Assembly (NCBI GenBank): GCA_965112735.1
Contig: OZ218951.1
Span: 3,844,001-3,908,000 of the forward strand
DNA: 64,000 nucleotides
Source: Phaeosaccion multiseriatum
Taxonomy: Eukaryota > Protista > Ochrophyta, other classes
Reading direction: 5' to 3'
Position numbers and translations under genes: made by a program. This document shows positions 50,601 through 61,469 of the stretch, piece after piece. Numbering within the stretch: position 1 is the stretch's first letter; each line of letters opens with the position of its first letter. The notes under the pieces are model-generated. The model saw nothing but the letters and a program-made list of their open reading frames with translations. It did no database searches and was not told the DNA's origin.

Positions 50601-52752
50601 CCATCTTCTTGAGACAATATTCGATAACCTGTGGAAGGGGGGGGGGGGTAGGAGGTATAGTGGGCGTGTCATGCATCGTATCATGCCGTCGCCGATTCCC
50701 TCCCCCCCTCCGATACCGAGCGAGGACTCACATCGAACTTGGTTTTGTGGATCTTCAAGTGGTAGGCCACCGCTCCTTCGATGCCCGCCACAAGCTCTCG
50801 TCCTTCCGCTTTGTCGAGCGAATCACCAAAGCCTCCATGAGGCGCTGGAGTAGCGGCGCTCACGGGGCCCTGGCCCGGGCCAGCCCCGTCTCTCGACGCG
50901 AGAAGGTGCTTCACAGCCTTTTCGAGCCTCCGAACTTTCCTCTCAAGCTTGGCGATCATGACGTGTTTGACAAAGTTCTTGCACTTGGTGACGGTGTGGC
51001 GCAGCAACTCTGCGCTGGGGCCTTTCCTCAGTGCCTTGGGTATGTTCGGCAAGAGGTCAGCCGGCAGAGCTCTTGCAATGGCCTCTCCCTCATCCACGAG
51101 AAAGCGCCCGCCATCATCCGACTCGTCCAGCACATTGACATCGGAATCATAATCCTCATCCTCTTGCTCCTCCTCATCCTCCTCCTCGCTACCGTCGTCT
51201 GTTGCCCCGCTCTCCTCTGAATCACTAATTGTAATGAACTTTCTGCTCGAAACATTCTCTCTGTGAGGCACCGGTCTCTGTCGCTGCCTTCGGCTCGACG
51301 TGTCGTGTGTGAGTCGTCGACGTCTGCGTCTACCCGCGCCGGCAAGCTCGTAGGCGCTCCTTCTTTCCCTGCGTACTTCGCTCTCTTGCCGTTGCCCGCC
51401 GACTCGGAAGGCGGGATCGTTGGATTGTACGTGGCCGCAGTGTCGAAAGAAGGAGGGGCAGAACTCGCAGCGCCCCATGCGGTCCCGCTTTGCCTGCTCC
51501 TCCGAATAGTCGTACGGGTGCAAGTAGCACTCGTTGACCCGCTTCTCGCCCCCCCCCACCCCGTATCTGACATACATACACGCACACATTACATGAGTTA
51601 GTAGTTCAGCCACTCTCAGCAGTGCGAGGAGGAGGGGTAGCGCGTCCATCTTACCTAATGCTAAAGTACCACTGTCCATCGTCGGAGCGCACCGCTGTTG
51701 TTATCCTACCCACCCCACCCTCCTTGTTCATTCCAACCCCCGTGCGAGCATCAACGCGAACGTGCTGGCCCTCCTTAAAGGGAGCCTCCGATCTGACTTG
51801 TGCCGTTGGTGCTGCCGTTGGTGCTGGCGTTGGTGCTGCGGCTGCTCCTTCTACTGCTGCTGATGTTGATGATGACGGTGCTGCGTCCATTGTTGTTGTT
51901 GCTGCTGCTGCTGCTGCTGCTGGTGCCGCCGCCTCTTCCATTGCTCCTGGTGCTTCTGCTGGGGCTACTGCTGGTGCTCCTACTGGTGCTACTACTGGTG
52001 CCGCTCCTCTTGGTGCTGCCGCCGTGGCGACCACTGCTGGGGCGCAGGGGAGGCTGACCACTTCTTCGGGCTCTGCCTGTGGACGAGATGACACTCTGCT
52101 GTCGTTAACCCCATTGCGAGGTGGCCCGTCATTATCATCCTGGGCACTTCCTGACGCGTTCTCTCTCCTCTCCTTCTCCCTCTTCAACTGTGCACAGGCG
52201 CGCAAAATCTCATTCTGCTGCTCGAGCGCTCCTTGGCTTGCGCTCCATCGGAGAGCGAGGCAGTCGCCGCACTGCTTGATGAAGTCGCCGCACTCGGCAC
52301 ACCGAACCCCCCCGCGCTTTACTCTGCCTCTAGCGACCTGCAAAAGAAGGGGTGAGTTTACATTTCTTTAAACCACAACTTGCAGTGGTAAAGCCGAGCG
52401 AAGACCACCTTACCTGCTTCGGCTTGAACAAGAAGCAGCCGTCCACCTTCTTTTCACTCCCGCCCAAAGTATACTTGACGTCGTAGTAGCTTCCTGGGTG
52501 GACACCGATAACCAGACCCGCGCCACCTGCCTTGTACTCCTTGCGGCATCGAGAGCCGACGTGGACGAAGTCCCCAGTGGCAAAGCCCGGCAAAGCGTCA
52601 GGCCCCTCCTCCTCGAGAATCTTCCTGTTGCGCAGCACCCACACGGGGTCCACGTCCGTGGCGTAGCGGCGAACGTATTCAATCCGCGCGCGAAATTCAG
52701 CAGACAAGGCAGTTTGTTCCCCTGACAAATCCTTCGAAGCCACGTCCTCCAT
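44609..52752 (-). CDS. Giant (~2500 aa) protein: two Tudor/SH3-like + Cys/His modules, disordered linker, ~1600-aa alpha-helical region (possibly MMS22L/Mus7-like)
   Basis: Exons ~52752-52414, ~52337-51655, ~51566-50731, ~50627-50094 splice in frame. The link to the 1848-codon ORF needs a proposed intron 50093-49858. Could instead be two genes. Confidence 0.6.
49680..50140. repeat. Degenerate tandem duplication, period ~205 bp, with partial third copy
   Basis: CTTCGACAAAGGATGTGAGC, GCATATTCCCCAGGCCG and GAGGTGCTGGTGC..TTTTGTCGGGGTG each occur twice. Confidence 0.9.
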
Positions 52753-52974
52753 CCCCTTCCCCCACTACACTATGCCGCTGTTGCTTTCATTCATTCATAC
52801 ACAGGAGGTTAGGAGGGAGAGGAGAGAGTTATTGGAGAAAATGGAGAGGGAGAGGCCTGCCGATTTTGAGTAAAGCAGAACTACACCCCAGTCGGGAGTC
52901 CCTCTTATAGCCCATACGCCTCCAGTTGCCCACCTCAGTGCTCACGAAGGTCTCACAGCGGGAGAAAATCAGCC

Positions 52975-54399
52975 ATGAAGGTGCTCCAAGCCGTGGTGCT
53001 GGCCAACCTCTCCGCTTCCGCAGTGGGATTCGTGGCTCCGGCATGTAGTGCAGCAGCAGCAGGGAGTAGTTTGGGGCGGAGGGGAAGGTCCGGAGCAAAA
53101 TCATGTGCCACTGCAGAGCTGCATAGTCGCAGCAGCGGTGCCGGGCAGTTGAGGACTCGCAGGCGTGTAGCGCTAAGCAGTAGCGCAGAAGAGGTCACGC
53201 CTGAGATTGAGTCCCCCTTCTCAGCGTCGGGAGCTGATATTGAGTCCCCATTTGCCGGGGGGGGTGCTGCGGAAGGGCTCGAGGATGATGGCGGGCCTTT
53301 GCCGCTGACGCTGGACAACGTGGAGATGGTGCTTGATAAGATGCGACCGTACCTCATGAGCGACGGCGGTGAGTCTCGGAGAGCTCGGGGGGAAATAAAT
53401 TAGGGATCACGGCAAAAGGGGGGGCGGCGAGGAGGAGGAGGGTGGCAGACACTCATATCGGAGAGGGATTGATTGTTGCTGAAGGAAGTGGTCCATAGGG
53501 AAGGAAACGGGACACTTGGACACGCGCTCCCTATGAGGAAGGGTAGGACAGGCCGTGGCTTCAAGCGGAGTGCGTGTCAAATTTCTTGCGTGCTGTGCTC
53601 TCTCCGTGGGGCGAGTAGGAGAAGTGGAACAGACATTCGTCGGGGAGAGATTGATTGTTGCCCAAGAAACTTGGCACTTGAGGGTGCGCATCCTTTGGGG
53701 AAATACAAGACAGAGCACTCCGCTTGAAGCCACCAAGCGAGTGCGCTAGCGTTTTGTGGAAGGGCTGTGGTCTCCTCTCCGTGTGGCAAGGGCAGGAGAG
53801 TGGGAGTGAGTATCTGGTGCTTCCTTTTCTTAATTTTTGTTCCCGTCCGTACCTACCTCTATCTCGTTTCTGTCACTTTCAGGGAACGTAAGAGTTGTGG
53901 AGATTGACGGGCCGGTGGTGAAGTTGGAGCTGGAGGGGGCGTGCGGCTCATGTCCCAGCAGCACCATGACGATGAAGATGGGGCTGGAGCGGTCATTGAG
54001 GGAGAGGATCCCAGAGATCTCGGCTGTGGTTCAGTCCATCCCGGAGGGCCCCGAGCTGTGTGAGGAGGAGGTGGAGAAGGTGTTGGACGGAGTGCGGCCC
54101 TTCCTGAGCGTGGCCGGAGGGTCCATCCATATTGACAGGTGAGCCGCAGTTTCCGAAGCATGGGATTGCCCCCTGCCCCTTACACCCTGTCTTACCCCCC
54201 CCCCCCACCCCATCTCTTCCCCCCTCTCCCCCCTTTCGGTGGCTGCTCCTTTAGTCTTCGCGGCCTGACAGGCATGCAGCCTGCAATCCTGCTGAGGATG
54301 GAGGGTAAGAGCTCTTCCCTCCGCTCCGTCAAGATGGAGATTATGCAGCGGTTGCAGAAGAACTTCATGACCCCAGGCATGCGTGTAGAATGGGTTTGA
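52975..54399 (+). CDS. NFU: Plastid NifU-like (NFU) Fe-S cluster carrier, 3 exons
   Basis: PLTLDNVEMVLDKMRPYLMSDG|GNV, LEGACGSCPSSTMTMKMG, second degenerate NFU domain VLDGVRPFL. Leader ASAVG-FVAP. Confidence 0.92.
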
Positions 54400-54534
54400 G
54401 CCTCTTGCGTTGTCCCTCCGAGATATTCACATAAGTTAATTGAATTCAATTTTGTAACCGTAATTTTTTTTAAAAGCTAGCTCTGGCGAGAAAGCCCTCG
54501 GGGATGCCACGAAAGTTTGTGTATTGCGCTCGAC

Positions 54535-55641
54535 ATGGGCAAGAGTCGCAAAGTGCTCGCTGCAGCTCAAGAGAAGCACGTAAACGGACGGGCCGGCAGC
54601 TCAGAGACGGACAATAGAAGACAGAACTTTCGGAAGGAGGGCGACGTGCAGTGCATCAACTCTGAGATTCTTGACGCTCAGAAGCACACGAGAACCCTAA
54701 GTGCATCTGCCAGGAAACGCGCTCGCTCAAGCGATGTCGAAAGACCGGAGAGTAGCAACTCTTTTAGGTCCAAGGGGGCGATGGGGGAGGCTGATCTCGT
54801 CCTCGCCAGGGCCGAAGGCCGAGCAGCCTTTCCGGGCCCAGACGTGTCCAGAAACAGTCATGCCTCGGGCGTCCAAAGGATGACCAAGGCTCTCCAGGAA
54901 ATGAAGCAAGGGCCGAGCCTCATCAGCGACGCGATATGCATTGGGGGCAACGAAGACGCCTTCAATGCTCAGCAGCTGAAGCTGATGGGAGTGACGCACA
55001 TTCTCAATACCGCTGTACAAATACCCAACTACCACGCCAAAGAATTTGTGTATCTCAAGGTCGACCTTATCGGTAGGTCAAAACAAGAGTAAGCTTGTCT
55101 CTGGACTCGTCCATTTACACCCATCCACCCATCCTCTTGTGCGCTGCAGACCACCCGGATCAAAAGTTGGAGCCCTTCAAAGACGCGGTGCTCAAATTCT
55201 TGAGCCATTCAGACGAGATCGGCGGCAGGACGCTGGTGCACTGCGTGGCAGGGTGTTCCCGCTCCGTGTCATTTGTGCTCATGCATCTCATATGCAACAA
55301 AGGATGGTGGCTCAAAGATGCCTGGGATCACGGTGAGTTGAGAGCCTCTGCCCTCTGATGGCAAACAATGACTGAGAAACGCTCGGAATCATCTTATACA
55401 CGAAGAAAACACATGCTTGCTCCTCCTCTGCACCCATGAAGTACTCTTGCACCGACCGCAGGCCTACCCAAACGAAGGCTTTCGCTACGAGCTCGCGATG
55501 CTAGAGGTCAAGGTGCACAACAAGTCGAGCGTCAATCAGCTGCGTGGGGAGGAGTGGAATTTCTATGCTTGGAACGTCATAAAGCGGTCCTTCCCCTCTC
55601 ATGCCGTGGTCGAGTCATCGGGGTGTTGCATCCTCTCCTGA
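54535..55641 (+). CDS. Dual-specificity protein phosphatase, multi-exon
   Basis: GVTHILN, catalytic VHCVAGCSRS, RP.AYPNEGF. Confidence 0.88.
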
Positions 55642-55956
55642 ATGAGGGGTGTTGGTTTCACGGACAACGGATCAATCAATATGTCTTCTCGGCGGGACAT
55701 GGTTGGCTTTGACGGCGGTAGCAGCAGCAGCAGCAGCAGTAATAGTAGAAGGCAGCCCGCTGGAGCTATCACTCAGACAGCATGCCTTGTCAGCCTTGAC
55801 TCGCTGCGGGCCCAAAACAGACTTGAGAAGGAAAACGTGCACACCAATCACAGCAGCTCTGGGCCACAAAAAATGTGTACTGAAAATAGACACCTGGGTA
55901 GAGCTCCTCTCACCCACTACTGCAATGTGAGACGACAGATTAGATAATTTCAAGTC

Positions 55957-58214
55957 TCAAGAGGATTGAGCCAGCTTCTTCCTCTTTCTATTCCTCCTCC
56001 GGTCCTCCCTCTGCGCCAGTGCCTCCTCGAAGCCCTGGTCCAGCAGCCGCATCTTGGCCACGCGGCTCGCCTTGGACACCGTGTTGAGCAGGGGTAACAC
56101 GTCCTTCTCTACCACGTGCTCGCACAGCTCCTGTCACAGCAGCAGTAGCAGCAGTAGCAGCATTACACACAAGCAACCGAGGCATAGAAGAGAGCAGTTG
56201 CACGCGAGACGAGATGAGAAGCGACGAGACAATGCGACATGGATAGATGGCTGCTGGCAAGGCGGCGCACTCCCTCCCTCCTCACCAGCTTTGTACCCGT
56301 GTACTCCTCCACGCTGTGCACGAGCTCGACATCGTACTGCGTGACGAACGACAAGGCCCGTCCCTTCCTTCCCGCCCTTGCCGTGCGGCCCACTCGGTGC
56401 ACATAGTCCGTGGCGACGCGAGGAATGTCATAGTTGATAACCAAGTCCACCTGTGTGTCACCACCCGGCGGGGCACACAAGCGGCAAAGCAAGCGAGATT
56501 AAACACGGGTATCGCTTCGCAGAATAGAGTAGAATAGAAGGAAATTAACACGAGAAGAGCTGAGAGGGGGCAAATATACCTCGGGAAGGTCTAGTCCTCT
56601 GCTGGCGACGTCCGTCGCAATCAAAATGTTGGCTTGGCTGCTCTTGAACTTGCCCAGAGAGGCGAGTCTCCTGGGCTGACTGAGAATCGAGTGTAGACAC
56701 ACGCACGAGCCCACTCCGAGCTGTGTCAGCGTCTCCAGCAGCTCCTGGCACGCCTTGCAGGACCCCACAAAGATGATGATGCTTCTGGCCAGGTGCAGCG
56801 AGTCTTCCCCGCTTTCCTCCTCGTCCGAGGCCTCTCCAGCCACGGCAGCAGCAGCAGCAGCCGCCATCGCCTTCTTGCTGTTGCCAAGCGGCTTTACGGG
56901 CTTGCCCTTGCCGGCACTTTGAGATGCTTCCAGGCGGAGCTTTACCATGGCGCGGAGAATCTGGCCGCACGGTGCCAATGCCGATCAATACACGCGAGTT
57001 CGGAGAGGTGCACGGAGGAGGTCGGAGGTTCAGAGGGCGACGCGAGCAAGGGAAGAAAGAGAGTACACTGACCTGAACGAGCCAACAAAGCTTAATTCGG
57101 GCAGGCATGAACACGTACTCCTGCTTAAGACCTGCGGGGACTGCGAGCTGCAGTGTCAAGTCGAAGAGCAGCGGCTTGGACACTGCAAGTTTCCGCAGCT
57201 CCTCCAGGTTGGGGGTGAGCGTAGCGCTAAAGAGCAGGGTCTGCCTTTGGGTGGTGAGGGCCTCCTGCACGCAGCGGAGCTCGCTCTCGAAAGCCCTTGC
57301 CAAGAGGCGATCGGCTTCGTCTAGCACAAGAAACCTGCAGTGCAGGTGATGCGTTTGGCGGGCAAGGCAAGAGGTGCTGGCGGTGTCGGAGCCAGCCGGA
57401 TGCAAGGAGAGTGGTACATTGGCCTCTGCGCACCTGCAAGCCCCCAGCTGCGGAGGAGACGAGCCCTGCAAGTGATCTCTCAACCTTCCTGGGGTGGCAA
57501 TGACAATGTGCGGCTGCTGCGCCAGCTCCAACGATTGGTGAAGCATGCTCTGACCGCCAATGACCACGGCCTGGCGCAGGGACATGGCAGCGCCCAGCGC
57601 TGCAAACTGCTCGCTGATCTGCGGACACGGGGGAAGGAGAGATTGAGAACAAGACTGGAGCCTTTCGAAACAAGTCATGCAGAAGCTCCGCTCACTTGTA
57701 TGGCCAGCTCTCTGGTGGGCGTGAGGATGAGCGCGAAAATGCCGAAAGGGTCCCTACTCAGCTCCTGGAGAATTGGCAACGCAAACGCGGCTGTTTTACC
57801 AGACCCCTGTAGAAAGAGAGAGAACACAGCAGGGTGTCAAGTTCTAGGCGGCTCTATGAGAAGGATGGCGAGTCGCTTGGTCTCTCTTCTCACCGTGACT
57901 GCGCAGCCCATGACGTCTCTCCCTTGGAGTATAGCAGGGATGCACTGGCGCTGAACAGGCGTCGGCTTCCGGAAGCCCATCGCCCGGCAAGACTCCTGCA
58001 CCCAATCGCACATCCCACACGCGGCAAACGTGTTTTCACCTGCGCTGCCCTGCGCATCACCCTCCTCTATTGCGATGGGCTTGTCGCTGCGGCCATCGCC
58101 TTCCGCCCTCTCTCCCAGGCCTTCTCGCTCCTTCTGCTGCTCCACGCGCTTCCGCCTCTTGCCATTCCCCTTCTTCCCTGCCGTTACTGCCGATGCAGCA
58201 AAGAGGGTCGACAT
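55957..58214 (-). CDS. DBP8: DEAD-box RNA helicase DBP8/DDX49, multi-exon
   Basis: PTPVQ, T|[70 protein letters not shown]. Confidence 0.9.
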
Positions 58215-58448
58215 GGGGGGTGGGTGTGGATGATATTTAACTTTTATTGATTTCTCACGGATAGCCACCTCCCCCCCCCCCCCCCCCCCAAGCGGTTCAG
58301 TAAGCCAATGAAAGTCGAGGTCGGCCGGGCCGGGGCCCGAGAAATCGAGCCCTGCTATCAACCCCTTTATCATCGAGAGATCAGCCATCCGCAGAGCGCA
58401 GCATCAACCCCAGGGACGTAGCGACAGTGGGGAAGGAGAGCGGAAACC

Positions 58449-60764
58449 ATGAGTAGCGATATAGCCGATCGGAGGAGGAAGCAAGCCCTCGACGAGAAGA
58501 GGCAGGCGGGCCAGCTGCCCGCAGAGGTCGATGAGGTTACCGGAGCTATGATCAATCCCCACAACCCCGACTTCATCACAAAGCGACCATGGTATTTGGG
58601 AGAGAGCGGTCCGTCTCTGCAGCATCACAGCAAGCAGAAGAACACGGCGGAGCTGACTATGAAGGAGACGGACAGTCTGCTGCACCAAAAGTTTGCCGAT
58701 AGGAGGAAGAAGGGCGGGAGGGCGCCCGCCACCACGGGCTTCAGGAAGGGTGCTTGTAAGAACTGCGGAGCCATGGGTCATAAGGTTAGTTTCCACTGTG
58801 GCGAAGGGGGAAAGTCAAAGGATTTTGCATCCAACTCGCTTGCCCGCCGCTCCCCTCCGTTCCTCTACAGACGATGGAGTGCGTTGAGAGGCCTCGAAGC
58901 AACAACAAAGCAGCGTGGAAGACAGGACTAGACATTGCTCAAGATGATACGAAGCTGGAGCTTGAGGACCACGGCAAGGTAGGTGCATCGCTCAGGCAGA
59001 TCGCCTCTTTCGCACTACTCACTCTCAATGACACTCTACCTACACACAGGTTGGGTTCGATGGAAAACGTGACCGCTGGGCGGGGTATCACCCTGACCAA
59101 CACAAGGAGACAATTGCTAAGCACGCGGCTATGGACGAGGAGAGACGAAAGGCCCGCCGGGAGAAGGAAGCGAAGGAGGCTGAGGAGGCCAGAGCTGCCA
59201 AGACCTCTGCAAAGCGTGCGGGCAAGGGGGGAGGTGGGAAGGGTGGCGCAAAGAGGGGGAAGAACGCAGGGAGAAGCGGAGAAGGGGACGATGGAAGCAG
59301 CGATGACAGCAGCAGTGGGGGAAGTGACATGAACAGCGATAGCGACAGCGACAGCGACGACAGCGATGACGTGAGTATGGAGAGGCGGAGGGGGGGAGGG
59401 GGGGGGAGGGGTTGACTTGACATGGTGATACATCAAACAACTCTCAGAGTAGGATGCTGGACTTGTCCTTGCAGCTCTGAGAACAGAACCTCCTATCTCT
59501 GAGAACTCCGAACTTCCTCTGCTCCCCCTGCATATTACTCTGATTATTGAATCACAGGACGATAGCGATGACGAGAACGAGGAGTTTATCATGAAGGAAG
59601 ACGAGCAGAAGGACTTTCAGGGCAGGCACGCCCGACAGGGAGGCCTGGGAGGAGCTCAGATGAAGACCACGGTGCGAAACCTGCGCATTCGAGAGGACAG
59701 AGCCAAGTACCTCTACAACCTCAACCCGGACAGGTGAGTGAGTCAGTCAGTCAGTCAGTCAGTCAGTCAGTCAGTGAGTGAGTCAGTGAGGCCATGAATG
59801 AGTCCGTAGGGCGTGCCGTGCTGTCAGTTTCGAACTAAGAGGGTGACCAAGATTGGGCCTCACCCTACTCCCCCCGACACATGCACCCCTCACCCCACTC
59901 CGTCCGCTCCACGCCCCTTCCCCCACAGCGCCTACTACGACCCCAAGACGCGCTCGATGAGAGAGAACCCCATGCCTGACGCCAATCCAGAGGACTTGGT
60001 GTACGCTGGAGACAACTTTATACGGTACGTTGGATTGAAAAAGGGCGGCGGAACGGGGTGTCTTACCTGTCGGGCAGTGGTAGTCAGTCATCTGTCTCGT
60101 ACAGGCTTGCCAAGTATTTCCGACGCGTTTGGGTTGGTCGGTGGATTCTCAAAACAAAACAAGCAAAAACTAACGAAGTAAAACACACCAAACATCACCA
60201 ACAGATTCTCTGGAGACACGACCGGCCATGCCAAGACGCAGCTCTTCGCTTGGGAGGCCCAGGACAGGGGCCAAGAGATTCACCCCATCGCAGACCCGAG
60301 TACCGCAGAGCTGTTGCACAAACAGTTCGAGGCAAAGAAGAAGGACCTCAAGCAGAACCAAAGCACGCGCATATTGGACAAGTACGGTGGGCAGGAGTAC
60401 CTCAAAGCACCGGACGCACGCCTTGTGATGGGACAGACGGAGGCGTATGTAGAGTACGACCGCACGGGGAGGGTGGTGAAAGGCGCAGAGAAGGCGGTGG
60501 CCAAGTCCAAGTACGAGGAGGACGTGTTGAGGGGTAACCACACGGCCATTTGGGGCAGTTACTTTGACCGGAGCAGCATGCGCTGGGGCTATGCGTGCTG
60601 CCACAGCTGCACCAAGTCCAGCTACTGCACAGGGGACAAGGGTAAGGAGGCCAACGACTCCGCCAACTCCGCGCTGTGTATTGACGACTCCCAGAAGAGG
60701 AAGATGCTCGAGGTGCGTGTGTGCGTGTCTGTCCGCCTGTCTATCTCTCTGTCTGTCTTGGCTC

Positions 60765-60795
<31 letters not shown>

Positions 60796-61299
60796 GTCCG
60801 TCTTGTCCGTCTGCCTGTCTGTCTATCTGTATGTCTTGTCTATCTGTCTCTATCTGTCAATCAAAGTCATAGAGCGCAGGACGTAGCTGTTGGAAGTTTT
60901 TTTAGCACTATACAAACTAACCACTCACTCTGTACTGTACTGTACTGTGCCCTGTACTTGCTGTGTCCACAGCCTCAAGCTGCAGGAGAGGGTCGCAAGG
61001 CGCAAGAGGCCCCCAACCCGTCCAAGCAGCTGTACGGAGAGGGGAGCCTCAACGTTGAGCTGGATGCTAAGAAACTTAAGAAGGCCCTCAAGAAGCAGCG
61101 CAAGGCGGCCTTGGAGGAGGCCCAAGAGCCTAACAAGGACGACAGGAAACGCTCGTACAACAGTATGCAGACGAGCGATGTTTCCGCAGAGGACATGGAG
61201 GCCTACCGCATGTCCAAGCGCAGGGAGAATGACCCTCTGGCCAGCATCTCCTCGGACACGCTCGTAGGGGAGGAGGAAGAGGAGAAGGAGAAGAAGTAG
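58449..61299 (+). CDS. SLU7: Pre-mRNA splicing factor SLU7, multi-exon
   Basis: [85 protein letters not shown]. Confidence 0.95.
59734..59788 (+). repeat. (GTGA)/(GTCA)n microsatellite at an SLU7 intron donor
   Basis: Directly visible. Confidence 0.9.
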
Positions 61300-61469
61300 A
61301 GTGGATTCATGTGCAAATAAATAGAGATTGATTTTGTTCGTCGGCCGGACCCGAGGGATACGCACCCTATAGTAATGCAAACATGTTGCATGTGAGGTTA
61401 CTGTCTCTCTCTCTCTCTTCTTTCTAACGCTACTCTAGCACTAGAAGAAAGACGCTATCTCTCCTGTGT

